Program-made: the position numbers and the translations under genes | Virus record (IMG/VR): IMGVR_UViG_3300042013_000061 | Location: 75,570-139,569 of that record | Strand: one strand, 5' to 3' | From: a virus | DNA length: 64,000 nt | Notes under the pieces: generated by a model | Told to the model about the DNA's origin: nothing | What the model saw: the letters and a program-made list of their open reading frames with translations, nothing else | Database searches by the model: none | Part shown: piece after piece, positions 1 through 10,299 of the stretch | Layout of the letters: the number at the start of each line of letters is the position of its first letter | Position numbering within the stretch: position 1 is the first letter of the stretch

Positions 1-1635
1 GATCTTGCCTTCGCCTTTCTTGTTTAACAGGATAGGTTTCAGGCCGAGGACTTTGAAGAACAGAAGCTGTTTGTGGTCGGACTTGTTGATCTTGAAAATC
101 TTCAGGTTCGACCGGCCAAACATTCCCATGCTTGGAGCGCCGTTCTGTTTCGCCAGAAGTTTGTTTGCCTTTCTGACGCCTTCGGATTCGTACAGCAGTT
201 TCGTAACGCGGTTTTTCTCTTGAACAATTTTCGAATCTTTCGACTTGAGTTTGAACAGCCAGTCAATGTCGAGATACGAACCGTTAAATTCAAGGTTGCT
301 CAGCGTGTGAATCTGATCGCTAAGCTGCTCGGAAACCAGCGACTCATATTTCTTAAAGCCGATTGTCTTACCGAGTTTTAATTGCAGCTTTTGAATGTGC
401 AGCAGCGTGATTACGTCGAGCGCCATGTACGTTAACACTGGCCCTTCCAAATCTTCGTCCGCAATGAACGCCCGGTTTTCTTTACCGAAGTCGGATTCGT
501 AATATGCACGACAGCCGTACTGCATACAGATATTCAACAGGGAATAATAGTTACGCCCGGTTACTGTCTGGATTGCTTTGTGGTTTTCATCCTTGCCGAA
601 TTCCGCAGAGATAACACACCACAGATTCGCTTTGAAGAACCGCACGCCCAAGTCACGACGCGCACCAATCAGGTCGAACGCTGCGTTGGCATAGAGGTTG
701 TATTTGTTCTTCGATTCCCACTCGAAATAATCGCGAAGTTTCTTCTTGATGTATTTGAGTTCTTTCGGGAGCCACGGCGAATCTTTATGCAGGAACGGCA
801 GAATGTATGCCCGTCCGGTTTCCGTTGCGAACTGCCAAGTTACCGTGTGGTTTTTACGACGGTTCAGGTTCCGGGTTTCCGTATCAATCGAAACGATTTC
901 CGCTTCAACGATATCCTTGTACATTTTGTCGAACTTTTTAATCGTATCGACCATGACGATATCGTATTTGAGCTTCGGCACTTTGTACATCAGTTCGCCG
1001 TCGTTCAAACAGGTCGTCAAGTTGCGCGCCACGTAACCAGCAGCCGCCATCGTTTCGTCATTCTTCTGCAAGCTACGCAGACTCAATGTCGAGACGTGAT
1101 TAAACTTGTGAACTTTCCCTTTGTATTCCAGTTTGGTTTTGATCGGAACGCCGTAGAAGTGCTGCCACTGCACACCCTTTTTGCCGGTGTGTTGCGAAAT
1201 GAATTCGCCGTTCAATGCCTTCGTTGGGTCTTGTCCAAACGTCACCACAGTATCAGGTTTGTAAACGCTGATAATGTATTCCAAACGCTTCTTGAATTCT
1301 GCTGCTGCAATTTCCAAGAAGGCAGGCGCACCGCCCATTGTTTTCATGCTGTTATAACTGACGGCCATCCAGTTATAATCATCCAGCTTATTTGGTGCGT
1401 GATAATATTCTTCAGCACACCACATCAGATTGCGCAACAGTTCCCCGGTCGCACCATCAAACAGCTTGTTACGACGCATTGCCTCACCGGGCATTGAATC
1501 CAAAACAAACAGGATTTTTCCACGTGCATTCTTCGTCACGTGTTTGGGCAATTCGACTTTATCAAATCCCACAACGTCATAAGGCTTTACCGCCTTACTA
1601 TACTTGTGGGTGAATTCCACATAATCAAACTTCAT
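1..1635 (-). CDS. polA: Family A DNA polymerase with N-terminal UDG-like domain and 3'-5' exonuclease (3' end beyond window)
   Basis: Manual translation, open from ATG at 1635 to base 1 (MKFDYVEFTHKY...). ExoI SIDTET, ExoII NAAFDL, ExoIII YMALDV, then LEFNGSYLD typical of the PolA thumb entry. N-terminal KILFVLDSMPG...LFDGATGELL resembles family-4 UDG. Not in the ORF track. Confidence 0.85.
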   Translation of the reverse strand, partial: MKFDYVEFTHKYSKAVKPYDVVGFDKVELPKHVTKNARGKILFVLDSMPGEAMRRNKLFDGATGELLRNLMWCAEEYYHAPNKLDDYNWMAVSYNSMKTMGGAPAFLEIAAAEFKKRLEYIISVYKPDTVVTFGQDPTKALNGEFISQHTGKKGVQWQHFYGVPIKTKLEYKGKVHKFNHVSTLSLRSLQKNDETMAAAGYVARNLTTCLNDGELMYKVPKLKYDIVMVDTIKKFDKMYKDIVEAEIVSIDTETRNLNRRKNHTVTWQFATETGRAYILPFLHKDSPWLPKELKYIKKKLRDYFEWESKNKYNLYANAAFDLIGARRDLGVRFFKANLWCVISAEFGKDENHKAIQTVTGRNYYSLLNICMQYGCRAYYESDFGKENRAFIADEDLEGPVLTYMALDVITLLHIQKLQLKLGKTIGFKKYESLVSEQLSDQIHTLSNLEFNGSYLDIDWLFKLKSKDSKIVQEKNRVTKLLYESEGVRKANKLLAKQNGAPSMGMFGRSNLKIFKINKSDHKQLLFFKVLGLKPILLNKKGEGKI

Positions 1636-1671
1636 AGGGTAGTGTCCGGTATAGAAAACCTTCCCGTGGTA

Positions 1672-1679
1672 TTTACAGT
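1672..1679 (-). promoter_or_regulatory. ACTGTAAA phage promoter-like motif upstream of DNA polymerase
   Basis: AACTGTAAATA on the minus strand about 36 nt upstream of the ATG; the motif recurs in gene orientation across the window. Confidence 0.6.
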
Positions 1680-1692
1680 TTTCCATAGAACG

Positions 1693-1728
1693 AAAAAACC
1701 CGCCAATCCAATGAGGAAAGGCGGGTTT
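1693..1728 (-). terminator. Rho-independent terminator with conserved inner motif
   Basis: CCCGCC/GGCGGG stem followed by a T6 tract on the minus strand, immediately after the stop at 1731. Confidence 0.75.
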
Positions 1729-1730
1729 GA

Positions 1731-2213
1731 TTAACCGAACAGATTCACAAGGCGCATGAAATCGGTCATACGGTCATAGTTTTCTTCAGGTGTTTCGTAA
1801 GCGATCCACGCCCGACGCATTGCGCCAAGGTGTTGTGTCGCCAACGCGGGAACGCCGAGCCGTGTATAGACTTGCCAATTAATCGGCAACTCGTAAACGG
1901 ATTCTGTGCCGCCAGAAAGTACCACCTTCACTGGATGCTCAGGACGTGCATCAACAAATCCAATAAATCGCGGATTGTCTTTCCACATCAAAAGACTGAC
2001 TTCGGTATCAGGCACGTCAACGGTTGTGATTGGCATGGTTAGCCCGTCAATCCGTGCGCCTTCAAATTCGCCAGAACCTAATCCGAAATAACCCATGAAA
2101 TCCGAAGATGCGTGGCCCGGTACAAGCTCTTTAAAGTTTGTAGTCAGGATATGGTAATGATGCCCACGCAATTTCAGATATGCAAAGTGCAGATGAATTT
2201 CACTCTTGTGCAT
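1731..2213 (-). CDS. hypothetical protein
   Basis: ORF (MHKSEIH...) in operon context; no motif recognised. Confidence 0.6.
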   Translation of the reverse strand: MHKSEIHLHFAYLKLRGHHYHILTTNFKELVPGHASSDFMGYFGLGSGEFEGARIDGLTMPITTVDVPDTEVSLLMWKDNPRFIGFVDARPEHPVKVVLSGGTESVYELPINWQVYTRLGVPALATQHLGAMRRAWIAYETPEENYDRMTDFMRLVNLFG

Positions 2214-2607
2214 CGTCGTCTGCCCCCGGTTCTTCAACCGGCTGCGATTTCACTTGAGACTGCTGCACATTTTGTTTCGCAGGGTTTTGATTTTGTTGCG
2301 GGGCCACGACAGGTGCCGGTGCTTTTGCTTTCACTTGAGTGCGCAGCAATTCAGCCGCTTTCTCAGGGGAAAGTTTGCGATGGTTAACCAGTTTTTTATC
2401 CCAATACATTCCTTTCGGAAGTTTGGCAGTCACGTGGAACGGCAGACCGTTGGTAGGAACGCCGGGGCAGAAAGAATCATCGCGCTCGAAAGCTTTCATT
2501 GCGAGAATACTATCGGTGCTCCAAATCCCGTCAATTGGCCCTTTGTAAAAGCCAAGAAAGGCGAGGACTAATTGTTGGGCGCTCAGTTCGATTTGACTTG
2601 TTTGCAT
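2200..2607 (-). CDS. peptidoglycan-binding domain protein
   Basis: LAFLGFYKGPIDGIWSTDSILAMKAFE matches the PG_binding_1 pattern; GGAG RBS before ATG 2607. Confidence 0.65.
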   Translation of the reverse strand: MQTSQIELSAQQLVLAFLGFYKGPIDGIWSTDSILAMKAFERDDSFCPGVPTNGLPFHVTAKLPKGMYWDKKLVNHRKLSPEKAAELLRTQVKAKAPAPVVAPQQNQNPAKQNVQQSQVKSQPVEEPGADDDAQE

Positions 2608-2815
2608 TTCTTTTCTCCAAAATCCAATGCCCGGTTCGATCATCCCACACATGGTTGGGGCCGGGTGGGCCTGCAAGCGGATGCGTGCGACCATTTAAAA
2701 GGTGCGCAGGAATATAATCAGGGCCGGGAATTCCCGGTTGACCTTCAGGGCCAGTTGGCATACCCGCCCAATAACGCGCCGGGCCGTCGTCACCTTCATA
2801 TCGCGGATGGCACAT
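2531..2815 (-). CDS. small Gly/Pro-rich hypothetical protein
   Basis: GGAG RBS; short GPEGQPGIPGP Gly-X-Y stretch. Confidence 0.45.
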   Translation of the reverse strand: MCHPRYEGDDGPARYWAGMPTGPEGQPGIPGPDYIPAHLLNGRTHPLAGPPGPNHVWDDRTGHWILEKRNANKSNRTERPTISPRLSWLLQRAN

Positions 2816-2828
2816 TTAATTCTCCAAA

Positions 2829-2851
2829 AGAAAAGGGCCGTCCGTGGCCCA
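2829..2851 (-). terminator. Rho-independent terminator
   Basis: GGGCC-acggac-GGCCC followed by TTTTCTTTT downstream of the SNF2 gene. Confidence 0.6.
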
Positions 2852-2856
2852 TAATC

Positions 2857-5800
2857 TTATTTGGTTTTCTTGTAGCGGAACTTCAGTTCGGCCAATTCTT
2901 TCAGGGCCGCAGCTTTGTTCACTACGTTGTAACCAGCCTTGCCGACTTTCGAAATCATGTCTTTAAGGTCGGTTTTGTTTTTACCGAAGTACAACCACTG
3001 TCCTTCGCTACGCTGCCACTTCACGCCAGCGCCGGTAACGGTTTTGCCAATGTGTTTAACAATCGCAGGGTTAGTGCGAATGTCGATACACAGCATTACG
3101 TGGTCTTCCATGAAAATCGGGAAGACACGAACCGCACGACGGTTGCTGGTGATGCGTTTACCTACGCTGAAGAATGCAGGCAGTTCGGAGACTGGCGCCA
3201 GTTCCAAGTCATACCACAATTTGTGAGTATTTTTCATACCCGGCTGGAATGCCGCGTTGACTTCTTGAATCAAATCAACCGTCTTGTCAGGAAGGTCGAA
3301 GTTTGCATCAAGATACTCGTAAATTGCATGGAACTTTTTCTTGTTGGAAACGGTAACGAACGCGTAACTTGGAGTCCAAGTGAAACCCAAGTTTTTCAGG
3401 TTCACATCGCTTTCGTCGAATTCCGCTTCCAGTGTGGCGAAGCCGTGGTAATAAGCAGGCGACAGCCAAACGTCGAGGTCGGCATTTGCTGGAACGATGC
3501 GGCCAATATCCGGTTCAGCTTCGTCCGTAACAACAACCTTTTTACCGGTCGGGGCGATTTTGATAATACCGTCTTTGACTTTGTAAATGCCATCGTTAAG
3601 CGGTTTGCCTTTGATTTCGTTTTCCTTGCGCTTCTCGCCGTCGGCCTGTTCCTTCTTGATAATGCCGATGGTTTCTTTTTGCTGGCGCTCGCGAATACGA
3701 CGTTCTTTTTCTTCCTGCTCTTCTTGCGCCTTCTGCTGTTTTTCCAAACGCTTATCGCGTGCTTCTTGGCGCTTCTCTTCGGTTTCCGTACCAGCAGTCG
3801 AAACATCGAAATATTTCGATTCTTGATCCGGCGTAATGTTTTCCAACGCGATGTAGCACATGTTCGCCTGAATCGTCACACGGGAGGACATGCCAGCCGG
3901 TGGATTTTTCAAGTTCACAATCAGCGACGACAAACGCTTACCGCCATCCTTCTTGTTGAAGCCTACGATACGGCCAGTGCCCCATTCGGTAACAACTGGT
4001 TTTTTCGACAGACGTTCCACAAAGTTGTTGGCGACTTCTTCATCGCGCAACAGGATTTCAATGTTGGTAAGTTTCCATTTGTTTGGATCGGAAATCGGCA
4101 TGTTCGGAACGAACGGGCGAACTTCCATCGTCTTCGCGCCTGCTACGTTTGGAGCCGCTTCGATAGGCAGCAATTCTGCTGTCTGTTCGTTGCGCATATC
4201 GCGAAACTCTTTGTTTTCAATATCGTTGAGTTCTTCATACGATTCGCGCATGCCTTTAAACGGTTCGTCATCCAAACCTTTAATGTTTTTCAGCATGTCG
4301 ATACCGAGAGACAGCGCAGCGTTTTCACGCTCTGTCGGAACTTTACGACGTGTCAGCATTTCTTTGTAGCGCGGGTTATCGGCTTCAGTGAAACGAGCGA
4401 TCCCGAAAGTTTTGGAAATTACACGCGCCTGTTTAGGCACTTCCATTGTGTTGTTCGCCAGTACCCAATCGAGATAAATAACATCCCGAGTCATTTCGCC
4501 TTCGCCATTGGCGGCAGCAATCGCGCCCTTTGGATCAGGACGGAAAATACGGGCGTTCGTTTGGTTAAGCGCACCCGGCCCCCACGGCGATTCGGCACGG
4601 ATAATCCGGCTTGCCATTTGCAGGTTGTGCCCTTCGGACATACCCTGTTCGTTAGCAATCAGAATCTGTACACGGTCGTCGGTTTTAAAGTCGTTGAATG
4701 ATTTGACTTTATCCGGTTCATCACCCGTGAATTTCACGGCTTTTTGCTTGTAGTTTTCTGGCAGCGCATCGTAAATTGCCGAGGCACTGTGATTGTAGCG
4801 AGTGATAATAATCAGCTTGCCACGTGGTTCCTTTTTCCAGTAGTCCGGGTTTTCATCCGGGGAAATACTCAGTTGGTCACGCGGCAGGGCCATGTGTTCC
4901 GCACTGGAATGGTATTTCTTCGCGACGTACAAATCTTTTCCAACAGAAACCAAATCATATTCGGTGTACTGCTGGCCGCGTCGCCATGCTGGAGTGTTGA
5001 AGTGCAGGTGTACAAGGTTGGCAATGTATTTCGCTTTACGCGATTTAAACTGCGCGCCCTTGCCGAAAACTTGTTCGTAGGCTTCGTCGTATTGCGGGGC
5101 GATAATCAGACGTTCAAAACGTGCAAGGTTCTTTTCCCAAAGTGCCTGTTTGATTTTCTCGCCAGCAAAGTCAGCATCGTTGTCGATAAGACCAACGCCA
5201 CCGCCACCTTCGCTTTCTTCTTGACCGCCGTGTTCGCCTTCGCTGCCACCTTCTTCGTCATACTCGTGGTCGGCTGCATCTTCCGCTTTCTTTTTCTGCG
5301 CCAACAACGGCTGCAAATCTTTCAGCGTTTTATCCAGTACCAATTTGTACAACTGTTCGTGCAGTTTTTGCTGCTCGATTTCTTCAGCCGAAGTGCCGTC
5401 GTTACCTTGCGAATCCACCAGCGCGATTGCGTGGAAAGTTTCGATTGGTGCAGGCAGCATGAACGCCCATTCTTTACGCTTTTTCACGATGAACGCGGTG
5501 TAGTGGGAAAGCTTATCCACTGCGCGTTTGCCGTTAAGCGGAGTATAGGTTGCAACGGTGCGATCACCGATTTTTACATCGGAACCAGAAGCTTCTGCAT
5601 CGGAACGAATGTTCGCAATTTCACCAGCACGGAAAACGTGCGGAGTTTTCAGAGCGATTTGACCTTCGATATCTTTTGCACGGTCAGGCATGATTGTACC
5701 GGTGAGGATACGCAGCCATTTAACCATCGTCGAAGTGGTCAGGATTTTCGTTGCACGGTGACGCGCAGAGTTAAACGATTTCAGGTTGTGCGATTCGTCG

Positions 5801-8800
5801 ATTGCGATGTAATTGCAACCGAGACGACGAATGAATTCCAAGTTAGCCGAGAAATTCACTTGTGCATTACCGATACACACGCGTTTGTTACGGCCCTGAA
5901 TGAACGTCATGGAAGCGATGAAAATTGTGTTCGGCGGCGCAGCAGTTGCCACTTCCAGCAAACGTTTTTCACCCCAACGTTTCATCACGGCAGCGGACAA
6001 CGGGAATGCGTTCCAGTTTTCGCCAACGAAATATTTCATATCTTCGCACCACTGGTTAATCAACCCGTTCGGGCAAATCACCAACGGTTTAACAACGGTG
6101 CCAACGTCCAGCATATCTTTGACCATACAGGTCATGTCAATTACGCCTTGGCCGGTTTTACCACCACCCGGATCAAGTGCGAGAATTGCGAAAGAAGGCG
6201 GAACTTTTTTACGCAGATACGATTGCACAGACGCTTGGTGCGGGAACACTGCACGCGGTGAGTCAGTCACCATACCGGGAACTTTAATGTCCTCGGAAGA
6301 AAACGAATCATCAGGACGAATGGATTCAACTTGTTCGTCTGCTTCTGCGAAAATCGTTTCCTGATTTGGTGCGTATTTGCCGAGCATGGTAGTGAACGGC
6401 AGAACGTCGTGCATGATGCGACGGTTATTCAGCTTCGGAATATCAAGCTTGTATTCGGCATCTGGATTGTTCGGGTTTTGACCCACTGCAATTTGCAGAC
6501 GGCCGCCGCGTTCGTTGAAGTAGTCAGCAGTCGGAATCGCGTTAATCGCGTCCAGAATTTGTTTGAATACTTGACCACCGAAATAATTGTACAGCTTTGC
6601 AAAATCGGCAGTGGTCGAAGTCGAAGCGTTGAAGTAATTCGGATGCGAGGCAAGCTCTTCCTGAATTTCAAAACTCTTCGGACTGTAATCGTCGGTACGC
6701 ATGTCGTTGAACGTATCAGTCCACAATTGCGAACCTTGTTCACCGGAAGCCTGCACCATTGCCGAACCGAGGATCGACGAAATAGCGCGTTTGGTCATGC
6801 TCACTTGCGAAGGTTTGAACGAACCGTCTTCGTTGAAATACTCGAAATAAGTCGTCGAGTAATCGTGACCTTTTTCAGTCGGAAGTTTTTCGTAACCCAG
6901 CGCACGAATTGCGTTCTTCGCGATGGCGTCCAGCTTCGGCGCTTTGTTATCCGCGTAAGCCAGTTTCAAATACAGGTCAACGATATCGGTAACAATGTCG
7001 CTGTTTGCAAATGTCGCTGCGGAAGTTTTCGAGCCATAAGCGCGTTCGGATTTGTAGGCGATTTCACCGATGTTCTGGTATTTGGTCAGCACCCACATTG
7101 TCGAGGCGAAATTCCGCACCATCGGTTTTTCACCTTCTTTCGAAAGGTTGTAACCGAGATAATCCGCGATAGAAAGCGAATCAGGAATTACCGAACCAAC
7201 GTCAACACGGGTAGTTGCAGAACCGGGCATGTCGCCAGCGGTCATGGTGATACCGAAGTCCCAATCGTAACCGATAATGCAACCGTCGAAACCTTTCAGT
7301 TCCACCATCAATTCATTCAGACGTTCAACGTCGTGCATGTCGATGTGCGGCCATGCGTCGGCACGCGGGTTGGCATAGAAACCGGCAATTGGAATATCGT
7401 TGCGGTTGAGAATTTCCAGAATTTCTTCGGAAACTTTTTCGTAGTCTTCGGCCAGCGTCGATGCTTTAAAAGCTTCGATATCAGGACGCGTTGCCATTGT
7501 CCCGTTCGGACGAATGTACATGTTTTCCGCGTTGCCTTTGGTTTTCTCTACAACGAAACCGTGCTGTGTACGAATATCCGAAATCTTTTTCAGCGTGGTC
7601 GCACCCATCGAATAACGAGGGATGTTAACCATTTTGATTGCACGTTCGTTGCTGTACGACGGAACGCCTTTACGCGTTTGCGCAACTTTCGCACGGATTA
7701 CTTGACCGATATAAACCGAGAACCATGCGTTGGTGCGGCTCAGGTTCGGGCGTTCGTTGGCTTCGGTCTGGCTGACGAAATGCGCAATGTCAGATTCCAG
7801 AGTAAAGCGAATCGAAGTCCGCATAACGAGGTTGAGAATTTCAGCTTCAGGGGCGAGTTTTGCATTGCCGCCGTTAAGCGTGGTTTCGACCATCGAATTG
7901 TTTGCAGAGCTTTCACCCATACGCGCTTGGCGGCGTACATCGGCAGCAGCTTCGATAGCCTGTTCCGATGGCATTTTCATGACTTCAATTTGCAGGAATT
8001 GTTCTGCAAGGTGATTGGTCACGTCCATGTCGGTGATGATGGATTTCGGCAGCGGGAAACCGGTGTGCTTAGTCCAGATTTGTTCGATATCGGTGAACTT
8101 GGTATTTACCGACAGACCACGGTGAATAACGCGCTCAGAAATTGCAGTGGAACCGAACAGGAATTGCGTGATTTCTTTTGCAGCGGCCAGAATGTTTTGA
8201 CCGAACGGCGACTGCCAGCGACCGCGACGATGCTGTTCAACGAAATAATGGTTGGAACCATTGTTCGCCAGCAAATCACCTTGGCCCATGTTGGTATCGT
8301 CGGAACCGAAATACGGCGCGGGTACATGCTCAGCGCGTTTATCAGTACCGGTGCCATTCAGCACAATATCAATACCGTCGTTATAACGCTGCGAACGATA
8401 GACGTTGTGGAAAGCGGTTTGCGACATACGAATTGCGCGGAGGAAACCAACAACCGAAGATTTCACGGATGCTTCGTCGCGCTTACGCTGCATCACGTCA
8501 TAGAACAAACGCTCTACGCGGGATTTTGCAGCTTCTTCGTCCATGCCCGAAATGTAATTCGAATCGGCCATACACAGACGCATGAAACGGAAAAACAAGT
8601 TGATATTCGACGTTACGTCACTGAGGGATTCCAGAATCGCAACGAGGAATTGACGATCACTCGGGTAGAAGAAACCTTCGTATTCCGAATTGCGATCAGG
8701 CTCCAAATTGATTGGACGAATCGAACGGATAAATTCCGACTCTTCGTTCTCGCCGTCTTCGTCGTCATCGTCGCCGTTTGCACGGGCAATTGCCAGTTCG

Positions 8801-8883
8801 TCGCGATACTCTTCTTCGTAAGCAGCGTGAAGTTTGATCGCCTCGGTAATCGGATTTTCACGCCACACAATTTGTCGATTCAT
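2857..8883 (-). CDS. giant SNF2/SWI2-family ATPase (2008 aa)
   Basis: Walker A DPGGGKT, Walker B IDESH, motif III LTGT, EGHNLQ and QTNARIFR motifs; long uncharacterised N- and C-terminal regions. Confidence 0.9.
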   Translation of the reverse strand: MNRQIVWRENPITEAIKLHAAYEEEYRDELAIARANGDDDDEDGENEESEFIRSIRPINLEPDRNSEYEGFFYPSDRQFLVAILESLSDVTSNINLFFRFMRLCMADSNYISGMDEEAAKSRVERLFYDVMQRKRDEASVKSSVVGFLRAIRMSQTAFHNVYRSQRYNDGIDIVLNGTGTDKRAEHVPAPYFGSDDTNMGQGDLLANNGSNHYFVEQHRRGRWQSPFGQNILAAAKEITQFLFGSTAISERVIHRGLSVNTKFTDIEQIWTKHTGFPLPKSIITDMDVTNHLAEQFLQIEVMKMPSEQAIEAAADVRRQARMGESSANNSMVETTLNGGNAKLAPEAEILNLVMRTSIRFTLESDIAHFVSQTEANERPNLSRTNAWFSVYIGQVIRAKVAQTRKGVPSYSNERAIKMVNIPRYSMGATTLKKISDIRTQHGFVVEKTKGNAENMYIRPNGTMATRPDIEAFKASTLAEDYEKVSEEILEILNRNDIPIAGFYANPRADAWPHIDMHDVERLNELMVELKGFDGCIIGYDWDFGITMTAGDMPGSATTRVDVGSVIPDSLSIADYLGYNLSKEGEKPMVRNFASTMWVLTKYQNIGEIAYKSERAYGSKTSAATFANSDIVTDIVDLYLKLAYADNKAPKLDAIAKNAIRALGYEKLPTEKGHDYSTTYFEYFNEDGSFKPSQVSMTKRAISSILGSAMVQASGEQGSQLWTDTFNDMRTDDYSPKSFEIQEELASHPNYFNASTSTTADFAKLYNYFGGQVFKQILDAINAIPTADYFNERGGRLQIAVGQNPNNPDAEYKLDIPKLNNRRIMHDVLPFTTMLGKYAPNQETIFAEADEQVESIRPDDSFSSEDIKVPGMVTDSPRAVFPHQASVQSYLRKKVPPSFAILALDPGGGKTGQGVIDMTCMVKDMLDVGTVVKPLVICPNGLINQWCEDMKYFVGENWNAFPLSAAVMKRWGEKRLLEVATAAPPNTIFIASMTFIQGRNKRVCIGNAQVNFSANLEFIRRLGCNYIAIDESHNLKSFNSARHRATKILTTSTMVKWLRILTGTIMPDRAKDIEGQIALKTPHVFRAGEIANIRSDAEASGSDVKIGDRTVATYTPLNGKRAVDKLSHYTAFIVKKRKEWAFMLPAPIETFHAIALVDSQGNDGTSAEEIEQQKLHEQLYKLVLDKTLKDLQPLLAQKKKAEDAADHEYDEEGGSEGEHGGQEESEGGGGVGLIDNDADFAGEKIKQALWEKNLARFERLIIAPQYDEAYEQVFGKGAQFKSRKAKYIANLVHLHFNTPAWRRGQQYTEYDLVSVGKDLYVAKKYHSSAEHMALPRDQLSISPDENPDYWKKEPRGKLIIITRYNHSASAIYDALPENYKQKAVKFTGDEPDKVKSFNDFKTDDRVQILIANEQGMSEGHNLQMASRIIRAESPWGPGALNQTNARIFRPDPKGAIAAANGEGEMTRDVIYLDWVLANNTMEVPKQARVISKTFGIARFTEADNPRYKEMLTRRKVPTERENAALSLGIDMLKNIKGLDDEPFKGMRESYEELNDIENKEFRDMRNEQTAELLPIEAAPNVAGAKTMEVRPFVPNMPISDPNKWKLTNIEILLRDEEVANNFVERLSKKPVVTEWGTGRIVGFNKKDGGKRLSSLIVNLKNPPAGMSSRVTIQANMCYIALENITPDQESKYFDVSTAGTETEEKRQEARDKRLEKQQKAQEEQEEKERRIRERQQKETIGIIKKEQADGEKRKENEIKGKPLNDGIYKVKDGIIKIAPTGKKVVVTDEAEPDIGRIVPANADLDVWLSPAYYHGFATLEAEFDESDVNLKNLGFTWTPSYAFVTVSNKKKFHAIYEYLDANFDLPDKTVDLIQEVNAAFQPGMKNTHKLWYDLELAPVSELPAFFSVGKRITSNRRAVRVFPIFMEDHVMLCIDIRTNPAIVKHIGKTVTGAGVKWQRSEGQWLYFGKNKTDLKDMISKVGKAGYNVVNKAAALKELAELKFRYKKTK

Positions 8884-9296
8884 TCTGAAACCTCGTCGAG
8901 TTCCCCGTCACACTGAATAATTGCAGGCCACAGTGGGTTGGGTTCTTGTTTCTGGTCAACAGCACAGCGCATCAGTGCTTTGCAAAGGGCTACACGAATA
9001 AACGGATCGGGTTCATCCAGAAAAGTCGTGCGGTGATAGTAATCGTACAGATTGAAATAAATCTGTTTGGAAAGTGGCTCGTACAAATCATCAACCGCTT
9101 TCTTCATGTCGAAGGTCGGCTGCGCCCGTGCAGGCAAATAAGACGAATATTCTTGATCGGCCAAATCCTGAATATCGTTGCGGGCGACTTCAGCAAGGTC
9201 ACTGATTGCCTTCAGCTTTGTGGCCGGATCGGCATCACCCTTATTGATAACCGCCAGAATGGAATTCAACCCATTCAATGCGCTTTGTACTGTCAT
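8880..9296 (-). CDS. hypothetical protein
   Basis: ORF with coupled start/stop overlaps on both sides. Confidence 0.65.
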   Translation of the reverse strand: MTVQSALNGLNSILAVINKGDADPATKLKAISDLAEVARNDIQDLADQEYSSYLPARAQPTFDMKKAVDDLYEPLSKQIYFNLYDYYHRTTFLDEPDPFIRVALCKALMRCAVDQKQEPNPLWPAIIQCDGELDEVSE

Positions 9297-9976
9297 CGAA
9301 AATCTCCGATTGAAGCTCTACGCCAAACGGCAAAAAGCTGTTTATCCAAGTTTGGGTACATGGGAATTGTGTTGTCAAAATAAAGCTCGTATTTCAACAC
9401 GAGGAAATCGTTTTTCAACCGCGCAATACTGACTCGCATGTCCGAGTTTAAAATCACGACTACTTCCATTGACTCGCGCACCTTATCGGCACGTGGAGGA
9501 AAACGATCAGCATAAACCGTTTTCTTTTCACCCGCGTGCAGTTTCACACGCGACGAAAGCTGTAGTTCCTCGGGCAATGACTTGAATACTTTCAGTTCAA
9601 CCAAACGGCGCAGAAGGTAATCAAGTTCGAATCTTTGCGGCTTCAGTTTGACTGTTCCGCGAATGGTGAATCCGTTTACGACGTTAACCAATTCATCGGC
9701 TTTCATCACGAATTCGTATTGGTGCTGCACGGGTAAAAGGTGATACAAAAGAAACTTCGAATGCACCTGTTTTGAAAAGGACTTGTACCGGGTATTTACA
9801 GTAAAAAAGTCCGCTAACAATTTCGTTGTTTTGATTTTGATACCAGCTTGCTGCAAAAGAATGCGGAAACATTCACCCAACACAAGCGGTTCAAGTTTGC
9901 TTGTACGGGGCAGCTCTAAAAACGCATCCCATGAACCTTGAAAGTCTTCGCTAATATCGGATGGCATTTTCATCAT
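9293..9976 (-). CDS. hypothetical protein
   Basis: 227-aa ORF overlapping neighbours by 4 nt. Confidence 0.65.
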   Translation of the reverse strand: MMKMPSDISEDFQGSWDAFLELPRTSKLEPLVLGECFRILLQQAGIKIKTTKLLADFFTVNTRYKSFSKQVHSKFLLYHLLPVQHQYEFVMKADELVNVVNGFTIRGTVKLKPQRFELDYLLRRLVELKVFKSLPEELQLSSRVKLHAGEKKTVYADRFPPRADKVRESMEVVVILNSDMRVSIARLKNDFLVLKYELYFDNTIPMYPNLDKQLFAVWRRASIGDFR

Positions 9977-10299
9977 TTCTTTTTCGCCAAGATCAAATGT
10001 TTAGCGGCACCATGCCCCGGTCGTTTTGCATGACAATCGGCGCACAGAGTCCAAAGGTTACTCATGGTTGTTTGCCCACCACGTGCTGCTGGTCGAATAT
10101 GATCGACTTGCAGATTGGTTTTGCAAGGGCATTTGCGGCACGTGTAATTATCACGCGCTAAAACTTTCTCACGAACTGCCATCCAATCCCAACGCTCGCC
10201 ATAAACCTGCACAGACGTGCGACGAACCTTGGCAACAACAGCCGGTTTTTTCGTAACGCTTTTTGCTTTGAAAGGTTTGATGCGTTTCGGTGTGGTCAT
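9973..10299 (-). CDS. HNH endonuclease
   Basis: RDNYTCRKC...VDHIRP..RGG..NLWTLCADCH; Lys-rich N-terminus. Confidence 0.9.
   Translation of the reverse strand: MTTPKRIKPFKAKSVTKKPAVVAKVRRTSVQVYGERWDWMAVREKVLARDNYTCRKCPCKTNLQVDHIRPAARGGQTTMSNLWTLCADCHAKRPGHGAAKHLILAKKK

Noticed and set aside
2531-2815. Collagen-like protein
   Set aside because: Only a few Gly-X-Y triplets, too short for a triple helix
580-8916. Long plus-strand ORFs (580-1497, 2572-4701, 4744-6261, 6331-8916)
   Set aside because: Antisense shadows of the polymerase and SNF2 genes caused by codon bias; no motifs recognised
9973-10299. HNH as a homing endonuclease or intron
   Set aside because: It is a small, translationally coupled, free-standing gene; no interrupted host gene or intron structure is evident
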